A DNA stretch of 38,669 nt from Candidatus Taylorbacteria bacterium RIFCSPLOWO2_01_FULL_45_34b (GTDB taxonomy: Bacteria; Patescibacteriota; Minisyncoccia; Phycocordibacterales; DSPV01): positions 2,024 through 40,692 of the forward strand of contig MHRY01000013.1 of the NCBI GenBank assembly GCA_001822675.1, given 5' to 3'. The translations under genes were made by a program, and so were the position numbers. Below, in pieces: positions 25,209 through 35,059 of this stretch. Below the pieces are notes generated by a model. The model made no database searches and was not told where the DNA came from. It saw only the letters and a list, made by a program, of their open reading frames with translations. Position 1 is the stretch's first letter, and the number at the start of each line of letters is the position of its first letter.

Positions 25209-26755
25209 TTCGTTTTGAGTCCGACCAAAAGCACTTGATCTCCCTCTTTTAGACCTGCGGTAATTTCAACCTTCCCTTCCGCTCCCCGAAGTCCAAGCGT
25301 TACCGGCACTTCCACCTCTTTGCCGTTTATGATTTGTTTTACAAAAGTGCCTTCGTCGTTTTCTATAATCGCAACATCGGGAAGAGTTAAAACATTTTGT
25401 TTTTCCGCGGTTTTAATTTGGACATTAGCCGTCAATCCGCTCTTCATAGGCCTCGTCTCGCCGATAAACCGAATGGTTACCTTAAAATTAACCACACCGT
25501 CAATAATAGTTTCCGCGGGATCAACTAAGGCAACAACACCGCCAAAAATTTCACCCGAATAAGCGTCGATAGTAATCGAAACAATGTCACCAACCTTAAC
25601 ACGGCCAATATCAACTTCAGGTACATTCGCTTCAATTTCATACGCGCCTTCGCTCATGATAGTGACTACAATTTCTCCAGCAGGAGTGATCTCGCCGACA
25701 TGCGGACCAATTTTTGTGACTACACCGGCAAGTGGCGCGCGAATGGTCATTTTTGCAAATTGCACCTCGTAATTAAACACTTTGGCCGAGGCCTGCTCCA
25801 CCGCGGCTTCCTCGGCGGCAATTTCTTCAGGACTGCTACCGGCGAGCGAGAGCGCCAGTTGCTGTTTAGCAAGAGTAAGCGCAGACTCTTCGCCCCGAAC
25901 AGCCGACTCTGCGGACAAAAGATTCGAGGAAGCCGTGCCAACATTCGTTCGCGCGGCGGCGATATCAGCCTTCCATCCATCAATAGTGTTTTGGCTCACG
26001 GTCGGACTTGGAGAAAGAGCGTTAACTACTCGAGACAGATCGTTTAGAAAAAATCCGATAAGAGAAAGTGTCTCCTTTGAAAGAAAAATCATGGAGGTGA
26101 TATTTGAAACGGTGAGCGTTGGAAGGGGTGCTTCGAAGTCAGATAATTTTTTCTCTAGAATTACCCGGCCGTTGATCAAACTATTTTTTAGTTCAGGGTT
26201 ATACACAAAAAAGTTAAGCTCCGGATTAGCACTACGAGGATTGCTAAAAAATTGATCGGCTTTATTCCTAACGGCATCGTCTGCTTTTGAATAGGCGTCC
26301 CTCACGCTTTCCACCAACGCTTGCTTGGAATCTTGGAGTGCTGTTTCTCCATTTCGAACTTTTACTTCTTCGACGGCAATTTCTTCAAGCCGAGTCCCTC
26401 GCCGAAGTTCGGAAAATTTTGCTTCCGCGGCCTTAAGAGAAGCTTTTGCTTCAAGAAAACCGGCATACGTCTCTTCACTGTCTTGACGAACCAATTCTTC
26501 CCCCGCCGCGACTCTCTTTCCAACAACCGTTCGAATTGCCGCGACCTTGCCCGTTTTTTCAAAAGCTAACTCGACTTCCTCAAGAGCTTTAACTTGACCG
26601 GTCAAAGTTACCACTTCCGAAACAGAGGAGCGGGAAACAGCGACAAGAGAAGCTTGATCGCCACCCTTTTTGGCAAACAGAGTGCCCAAAATGCCACCGG
26701 CCAAAAGGCCTATTCCAGCAAGAGAAATAAGGACTTTTTTAGAATAAACAGCCAT
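25205..26755 (-). CDS. MacA-like membrane fusion protein with long alpha-hairpin
   Basis: TM anchor, lipoyl halves (GKVAAIRTVVGKRV; IRAPLAGVVT), VPEVDI, GLKEGDQV. Confidence 0.92.
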   Translation of the reverse strand: MAVYSKKVLISLAGIGLLAGGILGTLFAKKGGDQASLVAVSRSSVSEVVTLTGQVKALEEVELAFEKTGKVAAIRTVVGKRVAAGEELVRQDSEETYAGFLEAKASLKAAEAKFSELRRGTRLEEIAVEEVKVRNGETALQDSKQALVESVRDAYSKADDAVRNKADQFFSNPRSANPELNFFVYNPELKNSLINGRVILEKKLSDFEAPLPTLTVSNITSMIFLSKETLSLIGFFLNDLSRVVNALSPSPTVSQNTIDGWKADIAAARTNVGTASSNLLSAESAVRGEESALTLAKQQLALSLAGSSPEEIAAEEAAVEQASAKVFNYEVQFAKMTIRAPLAGVVTKIGPHVGEITPAGEIVVTIMSEGAYEIEANVPEVDIGRVKVGDIVSITIDAYSGEIFGGVVALVDPAETIIDGVVNFKVTIRFIGETRPMKSGLTANVQIKTAEKQNVLTLPDVAIIENDEGTFVKQIINGKEVEVPVTLGLRGAEGKVEITAGLKEGDQVLLVGLKTK

Positions 26756-26850
26756 AATCTGAATTAAAATGCCCCGAGAGTATAACACAAAAAATCGACT
26801 TCGCTAGGGGAACCCTTGCCTTGACCAAAAAGGCTGTGTTACACTTTAAA

Positions 26851-26951
26851 GTGGCAGTTCCTACAGCTTTTGGGAATTGCTGCTTCTGACCAGAGTGCGG
26901 TTCCACGATGGAACCACACGAGTCCTGCCAACTGTTTTGGCAGGATTTTTT
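26851..26951 (+). ncRNA. Candidate small structured RNA with three hairpins
   Basis: Extended -10 TGtTACACT at 26837-26845; 13-bp stem with 4 G-U pairs; second stem GGTTCCA/TGGAACC; terminator TCCTGCCAA/TTGGCAGGA plus T6; no ORF. Confidence 0.55.
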
Positions 26952-27035
26952 ATCTCTTACGATATATCGTAAGAGATAAATTTTCTATCTTCAATTCTAC
27001 GTTGCAAAACTTCGGACAACCTCCTCTTAAGACTC

Positions 27036-29699
27036 TCAAAAACTAGCGAATGAGTTCCGAAACCCTCCACTATAAAACCGGTTGAGTGAGATTCCAACAA
27101 GCGCCAAAATAAGAGCGGCGAGATCCATTCCCCGATACAAAGGAATCGGTTTTGTGGTAACAACAATGGCTGTTCCTCCGCCGCCGCCAAACAACTGGTT
27201 GGGACCTCCGAAGTCAACCGGGAATGTGGGCGTGAGTGGCGGGAAATTTGAATTCAAATTTTTCAAATCATTTTCGTTTGTCACTTCAACTACTGGAGGT
27301 TTTATAATTCGATCGATGGTGGTGGTTGCTGGGGCTTCTTCTATCTCTTCTGGCGGCTCAACTATAATCGGGATCTCCGGAATCTGGTCTGGCGCGAGAA
27401 TAATAATAGAACTCGTCGCGATATTTGAATCGGCGTTATTGCCGTAAAAGGGATTCAGGATAGGGCTCCGGCCGACAGCTTTGACTTGCGCGAAGTTTGT
27501 ATAGCGGCCCGGTGGCGCATCGGGATTAAAAAACGTGCCATAATTTACTGTAATTTCCTCGTCCGGCAAAATGGTGCCAAGATCAAAATTTTCTTGTCCA
27601 ACCACCTCCCCCGCCTCATTTTTGAGAACATCTTCCAGGACGGCATGATAAGCTGGCCCGCCTCTGTTTTCAATCGTAATTGTGTACCCGACCGTGGACG
27701 AAGCGTTCACGCCAAACGGCGCGTTATTAAGTTTTTTAACGGAAAGAGCGGCCTCGGGCGTGAAGTTAACCGTCACGCCATCCTGCGCCAAAATATTACT
27801 GTGCACTAAAAGACTGGCGTAATCCGCGTTATCAGCTGTATCGCCATCCGGTTCATATGAATAAACCCTGGCTTGATTCGCAACGTTTGTATTGCCATAT
27901 TGCGCGTCGCGGCTGATTTGCGCGCTATATGTAAATTCTTTGACCGCGCCAGCCGGAATCCCCCCCAAATCGAACCTGTCAGGGTCGGTTCCCGCCAAAG
28001 TTGATCCGGCTTGGAAACCCCTGAAAGAAACAAGTCTGCTATTAAAACGATTCTCCAAAATGACATTGGACGCATCGGCGTCACCCCTGTTTGCTATCGT
28101 AAATTTGTAGTCAACTGAGGAACCGGGCTCCACTCCTTCCGGCTTCGCCATAATTTCCGTACCCACCCAAAGATCCGGCCGGCCGAAAGCGACATTACCC
28201 GACCAATTACCGAAAATATTAAAAACAGCCAAAATCCAGTTTCTGCCAAAAATATTTGTGTTCGCAAGATTAACAATGTTGGCCGCGGCGTAAGCGTCAC
28301 CAGTCGCAACCGCGGCGCCGGAATCGCCTTTGGCCTTGTTAGCGCCGGTTAAAGCGTACACCGTGACATTATTTTTTATGCTGGCATCATTTTTGTTTGT
28401 AACGGAAATGCTTGCCCCGCTATCACTATTGTTACTTTCACTCCCATCCGTCCCGCCAGAAATCTGTTGGTTAGCGGTATCTTCATCGTACATAATCTGC
28501 AAACCTTCCTCGGTTTCCTGCCAAGACATGCCGGGGGGAGCACTGAAAACGTTCCCTGTCCAATTACCAAAAACTCGAAAAACAACAAGAAAAGAATCGG
28601 AACCGAAAAAATTTTTATTAACGCTGTTTACCACGTTGCTAGACGACACAGCTTCTCCCGTGTGAATCGAGGCGCCACCTCCTTCGGTTTCTGCTCCATT
28701 TCCGCCAGTGTCGGAAACAACACCCACTCCATTTTCCACATTGGCGCTGTTTTCACTACCAACTGAAACGGAAGACCCGCCGCCATTGCTATTTTGGTTA
28801 AGAGACGGTGCCGCCGGATTGAAAAATTTGCTCCAATACTCTTTGCCCGGCAAAACCAAATCTCCGCCCCAGTCGCCTAGATTATTGAAGGCGACGACCA
28901 TGTAGCTTGAATTGGTGATATTGGTATTAGCAATATTGACCAAGTTGACTCCAGCAAAAGCCTCGCCGGTATCTATAAAAGCATTGTCGCCCTCCGCCCC
29001 ATTACTGCCGGTTGAAGCCCTGGCAATAATATTGTTTGTGACTGAAGCGGTGGAAGATGAATTTAAATTAACGGAAGATGGAAAGAAAGCGCAATTCCCG
29101 CCACAAGGAATGGTCGGGTTGGAGTTCCCGGACATAAGAGGACGCGTATCAATTGTCCCAACTTCGCCGAATAAACCGTTAAGCAAGAGGATAAAACCTT
29201 GCGAATTAAAAATAGTAGTATTGACAACATTCGCGATGTTGACAGTCGACACCGCGTTGCCGGTTGAAACGGTTGCGTCGCCGCTATTCGAAGTGGCGCT
29301 GTTGTCGCCAGTTGAAGCCGTACCCGAAGCGTTATTTAAGACTTCGGCTTCGTTTAGAATATCGGCGCTTACCGTTGTCGGCGTCGTGGTCGCGGAAGAT
29401 TCCGAATTTTGCGCTTGCCCTTGTTCGCTTGCCGGAAGCGACTCGCCCGAAGTTTGCTCGGGAGTAGTCGAGGGGTTGGTTGCGGTGGTATTAACCACAT
29501 TCACCGCATCCGTGACCGAAACGGCGTCGCCGGTTGTAATTGTAGCATCGCCGCTTGGACTAGAAGAATTCTCGACTGGGGAGGTAGTCGTGGACGCGGA
29601 ACTCGTTGGATCTTCAGCAAAAACAAAACTAGCCGGCGTTGTCGCCAAAAGCATTGAAAACATGAGTATTCCCGACAGTTTTTTCTTGAAATTTTTCAC
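27036..29699 (-). CDS. Large secreted/surface protein with TG(D/N)A...NxxN repeats, DUF11-like Ig domains and a C-terminal TM anchor
   Basis: Signal peptide; repeated TGDA...NxxNT; DLWV...VDYKFTIANRG...DNAD; hydrophobic C-terminus. Confidence 0.85.
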   Translation of the reverse strand: MKNFKKKLSGILMFSMLLATTPASFVFAEDPTSSASTTTSPVENSSSPSGDATITTGDAVSVTDAVNVVNTTATNPSTTPEQTSGESLPASEQGQAQNSESSATTTPTTVSADILNEAEVLNNASGTASTGDNSATSNSGDATVSTGNAVSTVNIANVVNTTIFNSQGFILLLNGLFGEVGTIDTRPLMSGNSNPTIPCGGNCAFFPSSVNLNSSSTASVTNNIIARASTGSNGAEGDNAFIDTGEAFAGVNLVNIANTNITNSSYMVVAFNNLGDWGGDLVLPGKEYWSKFFNPAAPSLNQNSNGGGSSVSVGSENSANVENGVGVVSDTGGNGAETEGGGASIHTGEAVSSSNVVNSVNKNFFGSDSFLVVFRVFGNWTGNVFSAPPGMSWQETEEGLQIMYDEDTANQQISGGTDGSESNNSDSGASISVTNKNDASIKNNVTVYALTGANKAKGDSGAAVATGDAYAAANIVNLANTNIFGRNWILAVFNIFGNWSGNVAFGRPDLWVGTEIMAKPEGVEPGSSVDYKFTIANRGDADASNVILENRFNSRLVSFRGFQAGSTLAGTDPDRFDLGGIPAGAVKEFTYSAQISRDAQYGNTNVANQARVYSYEPDGDTADNADYASLLVHSNILAQDGVTVNFTPEAALSVKKLNNAPFGVNASSTVGYTITIENRGGPAYHAVLEDVLKNEAGEVVGQENFDLGTILPDEEITVNYGTFFNPDAPPGRYTNFAQVKAVGRSPILNPFYGNNADSNIATSSIIILAPDQIPEIPIIVEPPEEIEEAPATTTIDRIIKPPVVEVTNENDLKNLNSNFPPLTPTFPVDFGGPNQLFGGGGGTAIVVTTKPIPLYRGMDLAALILALVGISLNRFYSGGFRNSFASF

Positions 29700-29760
29700 G
29701 CTTCTTAAATAAAATTAACTACTCGCTGTAGACTTGAGATGTCTACAGCTTTATCGATCA

Positions 29761-30507
29761 TCAGCGCCTGAAAATTGAAAAGATATTTTTAAGGAAGTCT
29801 CGAATCGCTTCCTGGATGTTCCTGCCAAACTCCTCTCTGCCAGCAATAGCCGTATCGGCGGATGTCGCTTCTACCAAAACGTCCGGGCTGGAAGTCGTGG
29901 CGAAAGTATCGCGAGTGTCAACATCATCGGTATCATCTGTATCATCATCTTTGTCGCCCCAAAACGGCCAGAATTTTGAAAACCAACTGCCTTTTTCTTT
30001 AATCCGCGTTTCTTCTCCACTATTTTCATCTTCATCAGAAGTCGACGTAGCTACGCTAGACGTACCGCTATGGACCTCCACCTTGATCTTCGTTCTAACC
30101 GTTCCGCTGGTATTTTCAAATTCCTTTTCGACGTCCGCTTCGCCTTCGTATGAATCATAAACGTCCTCTACGACCTCGCCGTTCACTTCCGTCTTAACTC
30201 GCACTTCCGCTTTGGCGGAACCGCCTGTTATAGAGCCAGCATCTTTACCGATGGAAGTTGACGGTCTGCCAATTTGCGCCGCGTCATCACCAGAAATGTT
30301 TTGACCGCCGGAATTGGCCGAGATGGATATGTCATTGGTAATAGAAACGCCTCCGCTTCCGTCATTAAATACGGAAACTTCTGAAGATTCTTCAAGGTTC
30401 AACCTTGAAGACAACTGCGAAAAGTCCTCTCTCGCCGAAACAAAATCGGCTGTGAAAAGAGCTATTCCAAGCAAACCTATGAAAAATATCGTTCGTCGAA
30501 AACCCAT
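29761..30507 (-). CDS. Secreted acidic hypothetical protein
   Basis: Start at MGFRRT followed by a signal peptide; ISISANSGG repeat-like motif. Confidence 0.7.
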   Translation of the reverse strand: MGFRRTIFFIGLLGIALFTADFVSAREDFSQLSSRLNLEESSEVSVFNDGSGGVSITNDISISANSGGQNISGDDAAQIGRPSTSIGKDAGSITGGSAKAEVRVKTEVNGEVVEDVYDSYEGEADVEKEFENTSGTVRTKIKVEVHSGTSSVATSTSDEDENSGEETRIKEKGSWFSKFWPFWGDKDDDTDDTDDVDTRDTFATTSSPDVLVEATSADTAIAGREEFGRNIQEAIRDFLKNIFSIFRR

Positions 30508-30650
30508 AATGTAATCGAGGGGGCAACTCTCCAATGTCCCTCGCCACCGAGCTCCTGTCACAAGCAGAAGCTCGATTCGCGAAGAGAGAAACTTATGAAA
30601 AAATAAGAAAGTCAAATTTCAGAGAAGTTTCTCAACTTCAAACACCGTTA

Positions 30651-31307
30651 TTAGATCTTGCGAACGCGAATAACGGTCGAGTTGACAACACTGCCAACAC
30701 TTGAGGTCGCCTTAGCTTCGCCTGCCGTGACCGTACCGCCATTACCACCATCGGAATCAGTGGTGCCGCCACCGGTCGTGTTGTTATCGTCCTTGTCACC
30801 GTTGATGTTGCCACTGTCCTTCACTTTGGTCGTAGCGCTGCCGCCGTCTGTTGAATTCAAACCGGTGTCAGCCAACGTACCCACCTCATTCACAACAGTG
30901 GTGTTCTTATTCTTCACACGAACATCAATATCACCCTTGCAACCGCACTCGGTCTTGACCTTAATGTCGGTTGAATTAACATCGTTCCACACGGTTGAAT
31001 CTGCCTTAGCTTTGCCTGTCGTGACCGTACCGCCATTACCACCATCGGAATCAGTGGTGCCGCCACCGGTCGTGTTGTTATCGTCCTTGTTGCCGTTGAT
31101 GTTTCCGCTATTCTTTACCTTAGTGGTTGCGCTACCGCCGTCGGCAGTATTACCGCCAGTGTATGCGCCCGTGGAGACACCATTTACAACAGTGGTGCCG
31201 CTATTCTTCACGTAAACATCAATGTCAGATGCCCAGTGAGAAGCAAAAGCTGGCGAAGCCGCAACAAACATCGCGGCCGCCGCAATTCCTGCAATAACTT
31301 TATTCAT
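30651..31307 (-). CDS. Secreted Asn/Thr/Gly-rich protein with two ~98-aa repeats
   Basis: Signal peptide ending AFA; duplicated DGGSATTKVKxSGNINGxKDDNNTTGGGTTDSDGGNGGTVT. Confidence 0.85.
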   Translation of the reverse strand: MNKVIAGIAAAAMFVAASPAFASHWASDIDVYVKNSGTTVVNGVSTGAYTGGNTADGGSATTKVKNSGNINGNKDDNNTTGGGTTDSDGGNGGTVTTGKAKADSTVWNDVNSTDIKVKTECGCKGDIDVRVKNKNTTVVNEVGTLADTGLNSTDGGSATTKVKDSGNINGDKDDNNTTGGGTTDSDGGNGGTVTAGEAKATSSVGSVVNSTVIRVRKI

Positions 31308-31787
31308 AATTTTTCTTTCTTATGTCTATTAATGATTCATTCCTTCCTCCGTCCCTTAAGGGAATACGGAACAAGAAAATGATGTATCGACCATGGGACT
31401 TTTTTGAAGTCCAGACCTCAACCATTTTCCTCCACAAAAGAAAAGCCCGCACTTTTTTAAAGCCTGCGGATACACACTCTTCTGTAAGATAAGGAATAAA
31501 AGGTCTTTGGCTGAAGTCTGAACTTACTTTTTCCGTAAACAAAAAACCACCCTCGCGGCGACGCGTTTTGGTGGTTCTACATGAAAAATTTTGTTTGGGA
31601 AACGTATTTCATCAGTCTTCCCTTTCATTTTGGTTTCCCCACAAAATGAAAGATATTTTAGGCTACAAATACAATTGTATAACGCCTAGATTTTATGTCA
31701 ACAATTTTTAACATGTTTTTCTTTTATGATATACTGAAAGTGGCTTGTCAAACTTTTGCGGCCAACATAGTAATAACTTCTATAAAC

Positions 31788-31867
31788 AAAAAACCCGAGA
31801 AGGGACGCTAACCTGGGAAACTGGCCCTATAGGGGCAAGTGGTTTGGCGTCCCTTCTCGGGTTTTTT
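31788..31867. terminator. Long inverted repeat; bidirectional terminator-like or structured RNA
   Basis: AAAAAACCCGAGAAGGGACGC...GCGTCCCTTCTCGGGTTTTTT with an internal GCCC/GGGC stem. Confidence 0.65.
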
Positions 31868-32003
31868 ATAATACGGAGAACTTTTTAAGTAGGCCTTGAT
31901 TCTAGGCGTCAAAAATGGTTTGTCAACCATTTTTTGAAAAAATCATTTCCAAAACACCAAGAAAAACTATTTTCTTGGAAGAAAGCTTATTTAAAAACGA
32001 ACC

Positions 32004-32645
32004 CTAGAAACGTTTTTTAAAAAGAAAGATACTCCACTGCCAGAGGATATAACAAAAAAATGAAGAAAAAAGACCGAGGAGAAAACCACCGAGAATGTCG
32101 CTCGCAAAATGAACATTGAGATACACACGGCTTGCCCCAATTAACAAAGGGATTAAGAAACAAAGAAAAAGAAGCAACTTTCTGATTTTTGAAGAAGACA
32201 CGTTTTGAAAAAAAATGAACCAGATCGAGAAAAAGAAGGCCGTACTTGATGTCGCGTGGCCGCTTGGGAAACTAAAACCACCCTCCGGAACAAAAGATGC
32301 AAGCGGTCTCTCTATCAGGAGGCCATTTTTCAAGAGCGCAGTTAGAAGATATGACAAAAAAATGGCCGCAGCAAAAAAAACTGCCGCGCTGTATCTTTTT
32401 TTACTAAACAAATAGGCAATAACGAACAGAGAAAAAATAATAATTGATGTGGTACTGCCAAGAAAAGTGAAAAAGAGCATAATGTTACTTAACGGCGGAA
32501 ACCATAAAGAAGGCGCCACGAAGGAGATAAAATGGTCTGCCACGGTAAGCGGCCCATCACTCGTCACCAAAAAAACGAGACCTGCGAAAACCGCAAGAAC
32601 AAGTGCGTCAAAAAAAACGAGGGTGGTAAAATTTCTCCTCTCCAT
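32004..32645 (-). CDS. PAP2-family membrane phosphatase
   Basis: K....ERP, SFPSGHA, SRVYLNVHFASDILGG. Confidence 0.93.
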   Translation of the reverse strand: MERRNFTTLVFFDALVLAVFAGLVFLVTSDGPLTVADHFISFVAPSLWFPPLSNIMLFFTFLGSTTSIIIFSLFVIAYLFSKKRYSAAVFFAAAIFLSYLLTALLKNGLLIERPLASFVPEGGFSFPSGHATSSTAFFFSIWFIFFQNVSSSKIRKLLLFLCFLIPLLIGASRVYLNVHFASDILGGFLLGLFSSFFCYILWQWSIFLFKKRF

Positions 32646-32649
32646 TGAC

Positions 32650-32934
32650 TTAAATCTCTACGTGATGGTGACCTTGCCCTTGGCGGTTTTTTTCTTCGAG
32701 CTGTTTTTGGAGTTCAGCAACTTCCCTATTACTCCTCTCATTCTCTCCATGAAGATGTTTTAAATTTTCTTCTTCTTTCTGTAACGCCCTTTGTTTCTTT
32801 TCAAACTGAGACTTTACTTCCTGGGTTTCAGTCCGCAGCCGCTCCACCTCCGCGGATTGTTTATGCAAATTTCTCTCCTGCTCCGCTATCTCTCTTTTAA
32901 GATGTTCGATAGCGGAAGTTATATTTGAGTTCAT
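32650..32934 (-). CDS. Small coiled-coil hypothetical protein
   Basis: 94-aa heptad-rich ORF in an operon-like position. Confidence 0.7.
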   Translation of the reverse strand: MNSNITSAIEHLKREIAEQERNLHKQSAEVERLRTETQEVKSQFEKKQRALQKEEENLKHLHGENERSNREVAELQKQLEEKNRQGQGHHHVEI

Positions 32935-32958
32935 AGATTTATATTACTCTAATAATAA

Positions 32959-34305
32959 TTAATACGAAAACTTTTCAAAGTGGATAAAACGTCGCTCAAC
33001 TCCGAGTTCGCGAAGTATTCCGCGAACCGCGTCCATCATGGGCTTCGGGCCGCAGATGTATATTTCGCGTTCTTTGAAATCCGGAACGAGCCGAACAATC
33101 TTTTCTTTATCAATACGACCTCTTTGAAGTGGCGGCAAAACCTCGGTAGAAGCTTCAGAAATTGGGAAATACTGCCGGATTGGAAGACTCGCAAGCTCGC
33201 TTTGAAGTGGAATGTCTTTCGCCGACGAGTTGGCATAAAAAAGCACTGCATCTTTCTTTTCCTGCCCCAACGTCTCTGCAAGGGCTCGAAGCGGTGTGAT
33301 GCCAATGCCGCCAGCAATAAGGAAAAATTTCTGTTTCACCGCCTGATCCAAAGTAAAAATACCAAGCGGTCCGTCAATAATAACCTTAGCGCCAGCTTTG
33401 AGGTTTCCTAACTTTGAAGTAAAGTCCCCCAAACTTTTGACACTAACCCGAAGGCCACGGCCATTTGGCGCGGCGGAAAAGGAAAACGGGTGGGTAAACC
33501 AAAAACCTTTCCGTAAAAAAGTGAAGTTGGCGTACTGGCCAGATTTGAAACGGAATTCCTCCATGCGTCTCCCTGTTATGTAAATAGAAACGACCTCATC
33601 GCTTTCAACCACGACTTTTTCTACTGTAAACCGATGTTTGTAAAAAAGGTAGAGCGGCCGGAGAAACCGGAAAGCGATGAGGAGACCGAATATCAAGAAA
33701 TTTAGCGCGAGCCAGTAATAAAGAGCTACGCCCTCCGAGACATCACCCAATTCTATTTGGTGCCCAAAAACCAACCCAATGGCAACGTACATGAGAAGAT
33801 GAGTAAAATACCAGGTTTCGTATCGAAGCGCGCGCCGAATGGGCGCGATGGAAATGAAAATGATAAACAGAAAAATAAGAAAGGCTATAAAAGCATTGCG
33901 TACGTGTTCATAATCGGTGAAAAAAGTCATGAATTGTGACAGAAACCCAACATGATTCAACGCGCCAAAACCAAGGATAAGCATGAGCGGGTGTCCCACG
34001 ATAAAAATGGTCAGCGAGTAACCAAGCCAGCGGTGCACGATATTCATGCGATCAAAACCAAAAATCCGCTCAACGGAGGCGACTCTGCCAATAAGCACGA
34101 GCTGGATCAAAATGGCATATTCCGCTAGAAGGCCGAACAATTTCCCAAAAGCAATCAAAAGGCTTCCCTTCGGTGCCGCTCCCCCAAATGAGGCGCTAGA
34201 CCCCTGCCACCAGAAAAAGAATATGACAAAAAGGTTCACGAAAAAGAGCGCGCCGAGCACCAACCAGCCTTTGTTTTGTTTGGTGAGGGAATGGGTCATG
34301 AACAT
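32959..34305 (-). CDS. Ferric reductase-like transmembrane oxidoreductase with FAD/NAD-binding domain
   Basis: TM His residues (HRWLG, GHP, H...H), HPFSFS, DGPLG, AGGIGITP, YICGP, HFEKF. Confidence 0.93.
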   Translation of the reverse strand: MFMTHSLTKQNKGWLVLGALFFVNLFVIFFFWWQGSSASFGGAAPKGSLLIAFGKLFGLLAEYAILIQLVLIGRVASVERIFGFDRMNIVHRWLGYSLTIFIVGHPLMLILGFGALNHVGFLSQFMTFFTDYEHVRNAFIAFLIFLFIIFISIAPIRRALRYETWYFTHLLMYVAIGLVFGHQIELGDVSEGVALYYWLALNFLIFGLLIAFRFLRPLYLFYKHRFTVEKVVVESDEVVSIYITGRRMEEFRFKSGQYANFTFLRKGFWFTHPFSFSAAPNGRGLRVSVKSLGDFTSKLGNLKAGAKVIIDGPLGIFTLDQAVKQKFFLIAGGIGITPLRALAETLGQEKKDAVLFYANSSAKDIPLQSELASLPIRQYFPISEASTEVLPPLQRGRIDKEKIVRLVPDFKEREIYICGPKPMMDAVRGILRELGVERRFIHFEKFSY

Positions 34306-34334
34306 AATCAGTATACTACATTGCCTCGGCCAAA

Positions 34335-34368
34335 ACAGAAAAATCCCCTATCAGGGGGATTTTTCTGT
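34335..34368. terminator. Bidirectional terminator-like hairpin
   Basis: ACAGAAAAATCCCC-6nt-GGGGATTTTTCTGT. Confidence 0.7.
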
Positions 34369-34385
34369 AAGCGTTCTAACCTTTC

Positions 34386-34502
34386 TTAGGCAATCTTAGT
34401 GCCACAACCCGGGCACGTACCATCTTCTTTCGGCGTCACTTCCATGTTGCATTTTGTGCAAAGCACTTTAGCTCCTCCTGCCGGTGTATGATCTGTAGTC
34501 AT
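34386..34502 (-). CDS. 38-aa zinc-ribbon/rubredoxin-like microprotein
   Basis: MTTDHTPAGGAKVLCTKCNMEVTPKEDGTCPGCGTKIA*; two CxxC motifs; followed by a terminator; below the ORF-track length cutoff. Confidence 0.7.
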   Translation of the reverse strand: MTTDHTPAGGAKVLCTKCNMEVTPKEDGTCPGCGTKIA

Positions 34503-34613
34503 ATTTTTTACTAAATTGATAAGTGAAACTTTCCGTCACAAGTTAGTATAGCACATCAAACATCAAAAAGCTCTACTTTCTGTGAAAAATATCTGGGAAC
34601 GACATAAACTGCA

Positions 34614-34650
34614 AAAAAAGAAATGGGGTGAGCTCTGGTGCTCACCCCAT
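34614..34650 (-). terminator. Intrinsic terminator
   Basis: ATGGGGTGAGC/GCTCACCCCAT stem followed by a T-rich tract on the minus strand. Confidence 0.7.
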
Positions 34651-34666
34651 AGTGGATTCGATTATG

Positions 34667-35059
34667 CTATGGTTGGAGATGTGTCTTCCCTTCACCTTCG
34701 TACATACCTTTGATGCCACGATATTGAGTCTCGTAGGCCGTAGCCGCGATGACGCAATCAAGAAGGTCAAACGCCTTTCTTTTTTCCATTAGTTCGGCAT
34801 TCTTCAAGAGAATTCCAACGTAAGACCCGCAAGTCTCAACCCTTGCAATGTATTCCTCCTGGTCTTCGGTCTCTTCGGTGATCTTCCGAACTTCAGCGCG
34901 TATTTGCTCAAAAGACCGCGCAATGTAAAAGACCTCGCGACACCATAGGACGTTAACCCTGTGGGTCGCTGTGATATTTCGAGCCTGTGGTAACTCGACC
35001 CTGCGCCAGAGAACGCAAGGAGTTCTTTTAATTAAAACATGAGCTTTTGGTTGGTTACC
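34667..35059 (-). pseudogene. Start-less open frame, possible 5'-truncated gene
   Basis: About 130 codons open (...EQIRAEVRKITEETEDQEEYIARVE...HLQP*), followed by a terminator, with no early ATG/GTG/TTG. Confidence 0.35.

Noticed and set aside
28912-31215. Long plus-strand ORFs (28912-29712, 30658-31215) and similar antisense ORFs over ileS, argS and the MFP gene
   Set aside because: They mirror the real minus-strand genes and have no motifs of their own.
30651-31307. Internal repeat as a second TR/VR pair
   Set aside because: Both copies are in frame in one gene and their differences are not restricted to adenines.
31540-31670. Cyclic-dinucleotide riboswitch upstream of the surface proteins
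   Set aside because: Only a short GGGGAAACCA-like resemblance; the other conserved elements could not be found by eye.
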